From the IMG/VR virus record IMGVR_UViG_3300037467_001950: a stretch of DNA of 64,000 nucleotides. One strand, given 5' to 3'. Position 1 is the stretch's first letter; each line of letters starts with the position of its first letter. Source of the DNA: a virus. Below are positions 1 through 8,720 of this stretch, piece by piece. The notes beneath the pieces were generated by a model. It was not told the origin of the DNA, did no database searches, and was given only the letters and a program-made list of their open reading frames with translations. The translations under genes were made by a program, and so were the position numbers.

Positions 1-1
1 C

Positions 2-190
2 TCGGCCGACCACACGGCCGAGGTTCGGTACCCGCAGTGGCGGTTCCGCGACGAAGGGGCGTGGCTGATCCACGGCCACACCCACAGCCCGAACAAGGTC
101 TCCGGCCGCGAAATCCACGTCGGTGTCGACGCCCACGACCTGACCCCGGTGTCGCTGAACTGGATCGAAGACGTCATCGCCGCGGCATGA
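2..190 (+). CDS. metallophosphoesterase, C-terminal fragment (5' end outside window)
   Basis: The frame ending at TGA 188-190 reads ...RFRDEGAWLIHGHTHSPNKVSGREIHVGVDAHDL.... It carries the GHTH motif of calcineurin-like phosphoesterases. Its stop overlaps the next start (ATGA). Confidence 0.6.
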   Translation, partial: SADHTAEVRYPQWRFRDEGAWLIHGHTHSPNKVSGREIHVGVDAHDLTPVSLNWIEDVIAAA

Positions 191-606
191 GTGTGTTCCG
201 GCTGCTGGTCACCGGATCCCGCAACTGGTGCGACTGGCTCGCGGTGGACCGCGTGTTCACCCCGATCCTGCTCGCCCAGCCGCGGGGCACCGAGTTCGTC
301 ATCGTGCACGGGGCCTCCCCCGACGGGCGGCCCCGGCGCGGGCCCGGCCTGGACTACATCGCCGACTGCTGGGCCCGCTCCGCCACCATCGCCGCCCGCT
401 ACCCGCGATACCGGATCACCGCCGAACCACACCGTGCCCTGTGGGAGGTGTTCGGCAACGCCGCCGGCTCGCTGCGCAATCAGGCCATGGTCGACCTCGG
501 GGCGAACCTGTGCGTCGGGTTCCCCCTGCCCGGCTCGATCGGCACCTGGGACTGCATGGCCCGAGCCCGCAAGGCCGACATCAACGTGTTCAACGCGGCC
601 GCCTGA
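187..606 (+). CDS. DUF2493 / SLOG-family protein
   Basis: ATG 187. The pattern LLVTGSRNW...VIVHGASP...AGSLRNQAMV...GFPLPGSIGTWDCMARARKADI matches the DUF2493 (SLOG superfamily) pattern as I recall it. Confidence 0.7.
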   Translation: MSVFRLLVTGSRNWCDWLAVDRVFTPILLAQPRGTEFVIVHGASPDGRPRRGPGLDYIADCWARSATIAARYPRYRITAEPHRALWEVFGNAAGSLRNQAMVDLGANLCVGFPLPGSIGTWDCMARARKADINVFNAAA

Positions 607-617
607 CAGATGAAAGG

Positions 618-923
618 ATGAAGACTGTGGGAAATGAGCAGATCGCCTACCTGATTACCGAGCACCATACGGACACCGACGAAACCCAGACCGTCGGAGC
701 GTTCCTGGGTGCGGAGACCCGCGATCTCGCCACCGAATTCGCCCAGCAACGTGCCCTTGCCGCCGCCGGGAAGGGCTTCCCCCACACTCAGGTCTGGCTC
801 CAGAAGTGGTCGGCCGCTGCGGACGCCGACCCGCGCACCGGTCTCGAATTCGAAGACGAGTGGCTTATCCAAGGCCCGGACGTGATCGACGCCGAGGTTA
901 TACGCAAGGCTCTGGGCAGCTGA
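618..923 (+). CDS. hypothetical protein
   Basis: ATG 618 follows an AAAGGA RBS. The ORF has high GC3. No family was recognised. Confidence 0.55.
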   Translation: MKTVGNEQIAYLITEHHTDTDETQTVGAFLGAETRDLATEFAQQRALAAAGKGFPHTQVWLQKWSAAADADPRTGLEFEDEWLIQGPDVIDAEVIRKALGS

Positions 924-1014
924 TCTGCTGAAATTACGACTCGAGTTTGTCGGTCGGTCGTGTCACACTGAGGACTGAATGAACACACATTCGATCGGGG
1001 CCCGGTGAACCACA

Positions 1015-1218
1015 ATGGCGACAACGTACAAGGCGCGCGACAACGTTCGGCTGGCGCGCAGATGTAAGCGGTGCGGCAACTGGATCCACGCGCCCGCGTC
1101 GGTTCAGGTGATGCTGGGCCCGCGGTGTCGTGGCCATGAGCGCGCCGAGCGTGATCAGCGTCGGCGCGACGAGCAGTGGGCGCTCATCCCGGAGTCCGAG
1201 CTGCGCGCCGCGAGCTGA
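1015..1218 (+). CDS. small CxxC protein, DUF6011-like
   Basis: 67 aa. CKRCGNWIHAPASVQVMLGPRC fits the CxxCG...GPxC signature recalled for DUF6011. Confidence 0.5.
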   Translation: MATTYKARDNVRLARRCKRCGNWIHAPASVQVMLGPRCRGHERAERDQRRRDEQWALIPESELRAAS

Positions 1219-1327
1219 ATTGTCCGCGGTTTGTCCGACGTTGGCCGCAAAGCTGTCGAACAATCCGGTCGTCGGGTAGCGTCGCTGGTGGTTGCCTTCC
1301 TCGGGCAGGCGGGGCGACCAAACGCCG

Positions 1328-1652
1328 GAATCGCCCGTCTTTCAACGTCTTTCGGTTAGAGGACCGAGTTGGAAGGCGGGCGGTTTCGTGTATTCTAGAC
1401 GCCGTCGCTGCCTCCGATCTCCTGAGTAGCGGCCGAGTTGGAAGTCAAGTCAGGTGAATCACCCGCCCGCCCATAGCTTTTCGGGTTGCAGCCCGAGTGG
1501 GAAGGCGGGTGATTTGCGTGTAACGTACTCCCGTCACTTCCCTCCTCCATGAGAAGCGGCTGAGGTATCCGAAGGTCAGCAAAAATCGCCCGCCTATCCA
1601 CAGCTTTTCGGCTGGCACCGAGTGGACAGGCGGGTGATTTGCGTATCGGGCG
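1328..1652 (+). repeat. three tandem ~127-bp repeats, each with a ~60-70 nt imperfect hairpin
   Basis: Units start at about 1328, 1456 and 1583. The outer arms AATC(A/G)CCCGCC / GGCGGGTGATT are conserved, as are the inner CTTTTCGG / CCGAGTGG and the trailing TTTGCGTGTA. Several pairs are G-T, so they pair only as plus-strand RNA. Confidence 0.75.
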
Positions 1653-1669
1653 TCTGTAGAGTCCCCGCG

Positions 1670-1810
1670 GTGACCTGTGATGTGTGTGACCAGCCTGCCG
1701 ACGTGGCGATCGTCCAGCCCGGCGACGACACCAGCCCCGGGCCGTCCGCCCTGTGTGCCTACCACCTGGCCCTGTTCGCCGTGCAGCTGCTCGCAGGGCG
1801 CCGCGACTGA
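1670..1810 (+). CDS. small Cys-rich protein (46 aa), uncertain
   Basis: GTG 1670. It reads VTCDVCDQPADVAIVQPGDD...ALCAYHLALF, lies just upstream of the recombinase, and has a weak RBS. Confidence 0.3.
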   Translation: MTCDVCDQPADVAIVQPGDDTSPGPSALCAYHLALFAVQLLAGRRD

Positions 1811-1844
1811 CTCCTACGCCAATCTGTCGGTGCGCCAGGGCAAA

Positions 1845-2870
1845 ATGGGCCGAATGGGCGAACAGATAGATGTCGTCGCGTCGTTTTCCGGTGGTGGTGA
1901 ACTGGATCGGCTCGCGCAGCTCGACGAGCTGGCTGCCGAGCTGCGTCGCACAGCGCGCCCGGCCAACACCCGCCGCACCTACGCCGCGGCCTGGAACCTG
2001 TGGCGCGAATACTGCGGACAGATGGGGATTTCGCCGACAGCGAACACCGAGGGCGCGCTCATCGGGTTCGTCGGCTGGTACTCCCAGCGCCGGGTCCGGC
2101 CCGACACGATCCGCAACCGGCTCGCCGGCATCTACGTCCATCTGCGCGAAGACGACGCCGAGCCGACCACGCTGGTGAAGCAGCACGTCGCCGAGGCCGT
2201 GGCCCGGCTGGAGACCGAGCAGGTGCAGCGCGGGGAACTGGCGCCGCCGCGTCGGGCCCCGATCCTGGCCGACGGGCACCTGGAGGCCATGATGGCCGCC
2301 CAGCCCGACACTCTGCGCGGTCTGCGCGATACCGCGGTGCTGGCCATGTGGTTCGGGCTGGCGCGGCGTCGCAGCGAACTGGCGACCCGGCTGGATGCCC
2401 GGCAGATGCCGATCGGGCTGATGGTGCCCGACATCCAGGTCACCGAACGCGGCATGACCGTGGCCATCCGTGTGATCAAGGGCGGCCGCGCCGGCACGGT
2501 GGCCGTCCCCCGGCAGGACAGCCCGCTCTGTCCGGTGGCGGCGTGGACGCGGTGGCAGCAGGCCGCGGCGATCACGACCGGGCCCGCGTTCCGCCGGCTG
2601 ACGTCGCGGTCGGACACGCTGACACCGCACGGGATCGGGGAGAAGACGATTCGGCAGATCATCGCCGACGCCGAGCGGCGTGCAGGGTTGAACGTCGGCT
2701 ACACCGGCCACTCCGGTCGGCGCACGTTCGTCACCCGTGCGGTGGATGCGGGTGCCTCGTTGGGTGAGATCACCCGGGTCACCCTGCACGCAGAAGGTTC
2801 GGCGACGGTGCACAAGTACTACGACGTGCGCGACGAGTGGACGCAGAACCCGCTCAACAAGATCGTCTAG
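1845..2870 (+). CDS. int: tyrosine recombinase / integrase (about 341 aa, no obvious arm-binding domain)
   Basis: The catalytic signature is present: ...LARRRSELA..., GHSGRRTFVT (HxxR) and LHAEGSATVHKYY (catalytic Tyr). The N-terminal core-binding-like region reads RRTYAAAWNLWREYC. Confidence 0.9.
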   Translation: MGRMGEQIDVVASFSGGGELDRLAQLDELAAELRRTARPANTRRTYAAAWNLWREYCGQMGISPTANTEGALIGFVGWYSQRRVRPDTIRNRLAGIYVHLREDDAEPTTLVKQHVAEAVARLETEQVQRGELAPPRRAPILADGHLEAMMAAQPDTLRGLRDTAVLAMWFGLARRRSELATRLDARQMPIGLMVPDIQVTERGMTVAIRVIKGGRAGTVAVPRQDSPLCPVAAWTRWQQAAAITTGPAFRRLTSRSDTLTPHGIGEKTIRQIIADAERRAGLNVGYTGHSGRRTFVTRAVDAGASLGEITRVTLHAEGSATVHKYYDVRDEWTQNPLNKIV

Positions 2871-3157
2871 GCGCCCGGTTCGGGCGGTGGTTCGGGGGCG
2901 GTGCGCGGGAGGTTCACATCCCCCATTTCCAGACCGGCGGAGTAGACCGCGGCGACCAGATGTGCCAGCCGCGGCACCGGTACCCGGAGGGTGACGAACG
3001 GGTCATTGGTGGCGATGAACGCGGCGTCGACCACCGCTCCGAGCTTCATCTGAGCGTCTGCCCATTGCCGTAATTTCGCGGCATCGTCGCAGCTCACATC
3101 CACTGATGCCAGCACATGGGCGTAGCGGCGGACACCTGCACCGCCGCCCAGACTCAT
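2867..3157 (-). CDS. hypothetical protein, divergent from the XRE gene
   Basis: ATG (reverse) at 3157, 96 aa, high GC3. It is convergent with and overlaps the int stop. Confidence 0.45.
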   Translation of the reverse strand: MSLGGGAGVRRYAHVLASVDVSCDDAAKLRQWADAQMKLGAVVDAAFIATNDPFVTLRVPVPRLAHLVAAVYSAGLEMGDVNLPRTAPEPPPEPGA

Positions 3158-3264
3158 GCTGGACGGCACCGAAGGCAGTAGTTTAGGGTCCTGTCGTGTT
3201 GATGACGGATCAGTCATGTCAGTCATCATCTCCGAGGATTCCTCGTTTTGGAAGAAGGGCACGC

Positions 3265-3918
3265 ATGGAAACACATCAGATCATCCGCCACTACCGCGAT
3301 CTACGGGGGCTGACGATCAAGCAGCTCGCCAAGGAGGTCGGAGTCTCCGATCGGCAGATCGCCCGTTACGAAGACCCCGAGGACGGCGCGCAACCCTCAC
3401 TGCCGATCGCGTCCAAACTCGCTGCGACGCTCGACATTTCGCTGGCGACGTTGGCCGGTCACGGTGCGCCGACGGTCAACCTGTCCGGCGAGTGGTGGAC
3501 GGCGTGGCAGACGTGGATGAACGACGAGGAGCGGGTGGAGGTCGAATTCCTGCGCATCCACCAGGAGGGCAACTTCCTGTTGGTCACCGGTTCGCCCGAC
3601 CCGGCGCACGAGGCGACCGGAAGTTTCTCCTGGACCGGCGAACTGCGTCTGATCCGCGACCGGTGCCTGTCGGGCTGGTACGTGGCGACCACCGACGGTG
3701 TCGCCAGCAACGGCGCCATCCACCTCACCCTCGACCCGCAGGGCCATGTGGCCGTCGGGCGCTGGATGGGGTTGTCCCACGACGGAATCAACGAATGCGG
3801 GTGGGGTTCGATGGCTCGCGACCGTGAGACCGCTGAGGCGGCGCTCGAGGCGCTGCTCCCAATGTCGGGGACGCTCAAGGCCATTCCGGAGTTCGAAGTC
3901 AAAACCCCACGGTCGTAA
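3265..3918 (+). CDS. XRE-family HTH protein with a ~150-aa C-terminal domain
   Basis: ATG 3265. IIRHYRDLRGLTIKQLAKEVGVSDRQIARYE is a Cro/C1-type HTH. Confidence 0.8.
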   Translation: METHQIIRHYRDLRGLTIKQLAKEVGVSDRQIARYEDPEDGAQPSLPIASKLAATLDISLATLAGHGAPTVNLSGEWWTAWQTWMNDEERVEVEFLRIHQEGNFLLVTGSPDPAHEATGSFSWTGELRLIRDRCLSGWYVATTDGVASNGAIHLTLDPQGHVAVGRWMGLSHDGINECGWGSMARDRETAEAALEALLPMSGTLKAIPEFEVKTPRS

Positions 3919-3965
3919 CGGGTTCGCCGGAAATCTAGACAGCCCTCGCCGGTGCGGCTACAGTT

Positions 3966-3999
3966 CCTGTCATATTCATGACGTATCCGTCATGACAGG
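3966..3999. promoter_or_regulatory. AT-rich imperfect palindrome (operator- or terminator-like)
   Basis: CCTGTCAT-ATTC-ATGACG TATC CGTCATGACAGG, in the gap between the XRE gene and the next operon. Confidence 0.35.
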
Positions 4000-4076
4000 C
4001 TAAGGGACCTGGGAAGAGGCACCTGCAATGGCGAATTCTAGCCTGCCCCGGCTGATCTGCAGGATCGGGGCTTAAA

Positions 4077-4334
4077 ATGAACCAACCGACTCGTCGGATT
4101 CCCGGCGAAGCTGCTGTCCGCGAAGGGCTCACGCTCACGAACCAGCAGCATGAGCATCCCCCGGTCGACCTTCTCGAACGGGTGGTGGCGGGGTTGCGTG
4201 ACGCCCATTGCGTCCCCGGCCAGCGCCCTCGGTGCTGGAGTACTGCGTCCCCCAGCACCGAGGGCCGCGGGCCCTTGTCGCAGCGCATCCTCCCCCTGCA
4301 CGTGATCCGCGGCGTGAGGGGGTGTGCGGCGTGA
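4077..4334 (+). CDS. hypothetical protein
   Basis: ATG 4077 with mostly G/C third positions. Its stop overlaps the next GTG (GTGA at 4331-4334). Confidence 0.4.
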   Translation: MNQPTRRIPGEAAVREGLTLTNQQHEHPPVDLLERVVAGLRDAHCVPGQRPRCWSTASPSTEGRGPLSQRILPLHVIRGVRGCAA

Positions 4335-4657
4335 ACCGTGAACGTGTCCGCGAGTCCGCTGTCGAAACCGACAGCGAAGTCAAGATCGCGTTGTGGCGAC
4401 TGGAAGGTTCCAAGGCGGTGATCTTGCAGTTCACCGTCCGCGGCAAGCCGGGCCCGGCTGATGTGACCGCGTTCCTCAAGGACGAGCTGCCCGACTTGGC
4501 CGCGGTCCGTGACCGGTACCGCCAACACGAAGACCTGTGGGACCAGGTGCGCACCGACCGTGTGGTGGCCGTGTTCGACAGCAACGAGCTGCCCGTCATC
4601 CATCCGGGGTTACGTACTGGCGAGCTGCCGGTGCTGACCCCGGGTGGGGTCGCGTGA
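4331..4657 (+). CDS. hypothetical protein
   Basis: GTG 4331, with GTGA coupling to both neighbours. Confidence 0.55.
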   Translation: MNRERVRESAVETDSEVKIALWRLEGSKAVILQFTVRGKPGPADVTAFLKDELPDLAAVRDRYRQHEDLWDQVRTDRVVAVFDSNELPVIHPGLRTGELPVLTPGGVA

Positions 4658-4998
4658 GTCACTGGAATCCGCTCTGGGAGAAGACGTTAGCCGACGTCGA
4701 AGCGCTCGCCGCGAGCGTGGATATGAAGGTCGAGCTCCACCGGGAGCAGCCCTACGGCTGGGATCTGATCGACAGTGACGGCCATGTCCACGAGACCGGC
4801 TCCATCGAGTGGATCACCAGCTACCTGAACACCTTCATCGCCGCCCGCAAGACCGATCCCGACATCGCCGTGTTGCGAGGGCTGCACTGGCGCCGGTCGA
4901 GCCACGCCGCCACCTGCGGTCAGTGCGTGGACGACTCCCGCTACATCGAGACCTTTTTGCCCAGTAAGTGGAAATCCCAACCAGAGAAAGAGGAATGA
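4654..4998 (+). CDS. hypothetical protein
   Basis: GTG 4654 overlaps the previous stop. Confidence 0.6.
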   Translation: MSHWNPLWEKTLADVEALAASVDMKVELHREQPYGWDLIDSDGHVHETGSIEWITSYLNTFIAARKTDPDIAVLRGLHWRRSSHAATCGQCVDDSRYIETFLPSKWKSQPEKEE

Positions 4999-4999
4999 A

Positions 5000-5206
5000 A
5001 TGGCCGAGATCGACACCGACAAGCTCGAATGGAAGACCAGCAGCTTCACCAACCCCTCGGGCAACTGTGTCCAGTGGGCGAACCTGCCCAACGGTGGCCG
5101 CGCGCTCCGCGACTCGAAGGACCCGAACGGCCCGGTGCTGAAGTTCACCCACCAGGAGGTCGCGGCGTTCAACCTCGCGGTCGACGCCGGCGAGTTCGTC
5201 TCCTGA
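5000..5206 (+). CDS. DUF397 domain protein
   Basis: LEWKTSSFTNPSGNCVQWANLPNGGRALRDSKDPNGPVLKFTHQEVAAFNLAVDAGEF matches the DUF397 consensus (W.KSS.S...NCVE...RDSKDP.GP.L.F...W..F....GEF). Confidence 0.8.
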   Translation: MAEIDTDKLEWKTSSFTNPSGNCVQWANLPNGGRALRDSKDPNGPVLKFTHQEVAAFNLAVDAGEFVS

Positions 5207-5207
5207 T

Positions 5208-5552
5208 ATGACCACGCCCCGTAGCAGCGACTACTTCCGCAACCCCTCCTGCCAGGACAAGATGCGCACTCACGAGGTGCCGGTAGCCCTGGTGTTCGGT
5301 ACCGGGGTGCGTCGGTTCGGGGACATCCTGGCGCGAGTGGAAGTCACCGGCTCCGACCGCGAGGGGTTGGGCCGGTGGTCCGACGCTGCCACGGGGCTGG
5401 GCACCGCGGTATCCGCCGAACCACTGGCCGGCGGATACCGCATGGTGCTGTTGTCTCGGCTGCGTTCCCTGGCTGACCTGCTCGCCAGCGCGTACGAAGC
5501 CGACCTGGAGGTCTGCGCGGTGGTAATGCCCCGCACTGCACCCACCGAGTAG
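5208..5552 (+). CDS. hypothetical protein
   Basis: ATG 5208 lies 1 nt after the DUF397 stop. High GC3. Confidence 0.55.
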   Translation: MTTPRSSDYFRNPSCQDKMRTHEVPVALVFGTGVRRFGDILARVEVTGSDREGLGRWSDAATGLGTAVSAEPLAGGYRMVLLSRLRSLADLLASAYEADLEVCAVVMPRTAPTE

Positions 5553-5577
5553 CACCCTTTCCACCTCCAGGGCCGCA

Positions 5578-5613
5578 CGACCCCCGCCGCTTCCACCTCC
5601 GCGGCGGGGGTCG
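5578..5613 (+). terminator. stem-loop terminator candidate
   Basis: CGACCCCCGCCGC - loop TTCCACCTCC - GCGGCGGGGGTCG, 25 nt after the stop at 5552. Confidence 0.6.
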
Positions 5614-5664
5614 TCGTGTGCGGTAAGGACTTTCGCCGGTGCCCGGCCCCGATAGGATCGAGCG

Positions 5665-5946
5665 ATGGCACGCTTCGTCCGGCTCACCCGCGCCGACCTG
5701 GACACCCACACCCGGTCCGAGCTGCTGGACCGGCTCGAAGCCGAGCAGCAGTATTGGTTCCGCAAGGAGCGCCGCGGGATGAGCGACGCCGACCGGGCCG
5801 CCCGCGCCGAATTCGGAACCATCCTGGCCACCGTGCTCGATCCCGACGGCCTTGCCCAGTCGATGCGTGAAGACGCCGCATGGATACGCGGGGAGCGCGG
5901 TCGCAGCACATTCTGGGACGACAAGCCGGGCCAACCCAAGCCATGA
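5665..5946 (+). CDS. hypothetical protein
   Basis: ATG 5665, 93 aa. Confidence 0.5.
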   Translation: MARFVRLTRADLDTHTRSELLDRLEAEQQYWFRKERRGMSDADRAARAEFGTILATVLDPDGLAQSMREDAAWIRGERGRSTFWDDKPGQPKP

Positions 5947-6388
5947 ATCGGTCTGTTGGACGTTTTGCCCGAGGTGTCGAAACCGCCTCGATACGCTGAC
6001 CGCGTGCGGGGCCGGTGTGAAGGATCGTCGGTCGTGTGTGTGGTTGGTTTCCTGTTGTTCGCCCCGGGGTTTTGCCCCCATTGCCCCCGGGTGTGACGCT
6101 TGGGTAGACGAGTACCGCCGGCCCCGCGCATTCCATTCGTGCAGTAAAACCTTCGCCCCCGATTCTTTGGCTACGCGCCCCAGGCGCGGCGGGTGAGCGC
6201 GGGTTACTGCCGGTCCGCCCTGTGTGCGGGGGCGGATCGAGGCCGGGTTCACCGGGTGTGCGGAGTATGGAACGCGGGGATCGTGCCTGCCGCTGTTCGC
6301 TCTCGGGCGCGGGCACCACCACCATTTCCCCTGCGCCCCTGCGCGCCCCGAACCCGGCCTCCCACCTACGACCGTGTTGGGAGCCCGC

Positions 6389-6841
6389 ATGGTGCGGAAG
6401 AACAGCACCGGCCGGGCCTCGATCAAGCGTGCGTTCCGTCAGGAGCAGGCGCTCAAGCTGCGGCTGGCCGGTGCCACCTATACGGCGATCGCCGAGAAGC
6501 TGGGTTGCAGCCGGACTGTGGCCTACCGCGACGTCGCCGACGCCCTGGCTGAACTGAAACGTGAACCGGCGCAAGCGGTTCTTGACATGGAGATGCATCG
6601 GCTCGATCAGATGCTTCTGGGTTTGTGGCGGGACGCGGTGTCGGGCAACACGAAAGCCGTGTCGGCCGCGTTGCGGATCATGGACCGCCGTGCCCGCTAC
6701 CTGGGTCTGGATCAGGCTCCCCCGCCTGATACCAGCCTGGAGGCGCGGGTGGCGCTGGATGAGCTGCAGAAGGCGATCGTGGAGGCCGCCGAGAAGATCA
6801 ACCCCGATCTGGGTTATGGGTCGGCGGGTGCGCTCGGATGA
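6389..6841 (+). CDS. terS: terminase small subunit (HTH)
   Basis: ATG 6389. HTH LAGATYTAIAEKLGCSRTVAYRDVADAL. It lies directly upstream of terL with an ATGA overlap. Confidence 0.65.
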   Translation: MVRKNSTGRASIKRAFRQEQALKLRLAGATYTAIAEKLGCSRTVAYRDVADALAELKREPAQAVLDMEMHRLDQMLLGLWRDAVSGNTKAVSAALRIMDRRARYLGLDQAPPPDTSLEARVALDELQKAIVEAAEKINPDLGYGSAGALG

Positions 6842-8121
6842 GTCAGCCGGGGTCGATTGCCACGACGCCGGCCGCGGGGATGTCACGCAAACAGATTTTG
6901 TCGTTCGCGCGGGCGACGGGGCGATGCAACATCTTCGAAGGCGCGGTGCGTTCCGGTAAGAGCTTCGCGTGGACGTGGCTGATGTTGACCAAGATCCGCG
7001 AAGCCGGCACCCTCGGCTCGATCGTGCTGGTCGGCCGCTCCCGACTTACCGTGTGGCGCAACGTGTTCGAACCCCTGGAGCAGAACCCGGCGTTCGGGAT
7101 GTTCCGGCCGTTCGTCGAATACAAGCAGGGTGCGCCGACGGCGACGATCTTCGGGCGCGCGGTGCACATCTTCGGCGCCGACGACGCCGCCTCCGAATCG
7201 TCGCTGCGCGGTATGACGGTGCAGTTGGCGTTCCTCGACGAGCTGACGGTGCTGCACAAGGACTTCTTCAAGCAGCTGCTTGCCCGTATGTCGGTGCCCG
7301 GGGCCCAGTTGTTCGCCACTACCAACCCCGACGGCCCGGCGCACTGGCTCAAGGCCGACTACCTCGACAAGCTCGACGAGCTGCCGGACTGGCGGCGATT
7401 CCACTTCGTCCTCGACGACAACCCGAGCCTGGATGAGGCGTATAAACGCAGCCTGCGCGCGGAGTACACCGGCCTGTGGTATCGCCGTTTCATTTTGGGC
7501 CTGTGGGTCGCGGCCGAAGGCGCGGTCTATGACTGCTGGGACGAAGATCAGCACGTCATCGCATGGAAAGACCTGCCCCGCATGGTCGACATCCTCGGCG
7601 TCGGCGTCGACTACGGCACCACCAACGCCACCGCCGCCCTCATGCTGGGCATCGGTGAAGACCACAAGCTGTACCTGATCGACGAGTGGCGCTACAACCC
7701 GCGTGACGACGCGGCCCGGTGGACGGATTCGAAGCTGGCCGAACAGCTCGGCGAGTGGATCAACAAACCGCATCTGCCCGACTCGCACGGCCACAAGCAC
7801 GGCTCCATCATCGTCGACCCCGCGGCCGCCTCGTTCCGGGTGCAGCTGCGTGAAGACGGCATCTACACCCACCCCGCCGAAAACGACGTGCTGTACGGAA
7901 TCCGTACCACGTCAAGCCTTTTGGCCGCCGGGAAGCTGCTGGTGACCGACCGGTGCAAAGGCTTCCTGACCGAGGTGACCGGCTACTCCTGGGACACCAA
8001 GGCCACCGAGAAGGGCTTGGACGCGCCGGTGAAGATCGCCGACCACAGCTTGGATGCCGCCCGTTACGTCATCGCCACCACCGAACGCCGGTGGCGGCGC
8101 ACCATCGACCTCGCCGCTTAG
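6838..8121 (+). CDS. terL: terminase large subunit
   Basis: 427 aa. The Walker A-like motif EGAVRSGKS, the AFLDE Walker B-like motif and a C-terminal nuclease region (DHSLDAARY) are present. Confidence 0.9.
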   Translation: MSQPGSIATTPAAGMSRKQILSFARATGRCNIFEGAVRSGKSFAWTWLMLTKIREAGTLGSIVLVGRSRLTVWRNVFEPLEQNPAFGMFRPFVEYKQGAPTATIFGRAVHIFGADDAASESSLRGMTVQLAFLDELTVLHKDFFKQLLARMSVPGAQLFATTNPDGPAHWLKADYLDKLDELPDWRRFHFVLDDNPSLDEAYKRSLRAEYTGLWYRRFILGLWVAAEGAVYDCWDEDQHVIAWKDLPRMVDILGVGVDYGTTNATAALMLGIGEDHKLYLIDEWRYNPRDDAARWTDSKLAEQLGEWINKPHLPDSHGHKHGSIIVDPAAASFRVQLREDGIYTHPAENDVLYGIRTTSSLLAAGKLLVTDRCKGFLTEVTGYSWDTKATEKGLDAPVKIADHSLDAARYVIATTERRWRRTIDLAA

Positions 8122-8257
8122 CGGCCCCGATCTTGCAGCGCGTCAAACGGTTTCGTCCATTTCCGCAAGCGTGCCCCATGATCCGTCGTGGCGACCTCTG
8201 GGGAGGGCCCGCTGCGCGCTGCAACCCCCTTCCCCAACCCCCTGGAGAGCCACCACC

Positions 8258-8626
8258 GTGACGGACACCGAAATCGGCGACGGGTACCACACCCTCGACG
8301 ACCTATATCAGTGGCGAGCCCTGTACTCGGCGCTGCTGTTTTCCGACTGGGCCTACTTCGACGCCTACGACGTGCACAAGTCCCGCCGCCACCACGACGG
8401 TGAGCTGTGCTTCGGCGGCGACTACTTCATCGTCATGGCCGAGTTGCCGACCGGGCAGATCAGCCACCACTACCCGATGCGCGAATGGGACCGCTTCTAC
8501 GTCCCCGAACGCGAACGGGCCGCCAAGTGGGACGGCCACACCGCCGAGCAGGCCCGCGCCCGGCTGGCCGAGTTCGTCGACAGCGTGACCCCGTCGGGGT
8601 CGACCAGTTGCCTGATGGAGGAATGA
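8258..8626 (+). CDS. hypothetical protein (contains a W-D-G-H motif)
   Basis: GTG 8258 follows a GGAGAG RBS. Confidence 0.55.
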   Translation: MTDTEIGDGYHTLDDLYQWRALYSALLFSDWAYFDAYDVHKSRRHHDGELCFGGDYFIVMAELPTGQISHHYPMREWDRFYVPERERAAKWDGHTAEQARARLAEFVDSVTPSGSTSCLMEE

Positions 8627-8627
8627 C

Positions 8628-8720
8628 ATGCAGTGGGTGAGCGTGTGGCTGCACCGCCCGGTGGGCCACGAACCGGTGTTCATGATGCCGCTGGCCGTGT
8701 GGTCGTGGGGTGTCGCGTGA
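8628..8720 (+). CDS. 30-aa hydrophobic peptide, uncertain
   Basis: ATG 8628, MQWVSVWLHRPVGHEPVFMMPLAVWSWGVA. Its stop overlaps GTG 8717. Confidence 0.3.
   Translation: MQWVSVWLHRPVGHEPVFMMPLAVWSWGVA

Noticed and set aside
1395-2813. Long reverse-strand ORF (472 aa) antisense to the recombinase gene. Similar giant antisense ORFs lie at 13812-15434, 15281-16654, 16731-19388, 24256-26163 and 26224-29166.
   Set aside because: These are typical stop-codon-poor antisense frames of high-GC DNA. Their products are Arg/Gly/Pro-rich low-complexity sequence. The sense frames have clear family motifs (integrase, portal, MuF, capsid, tape measure).
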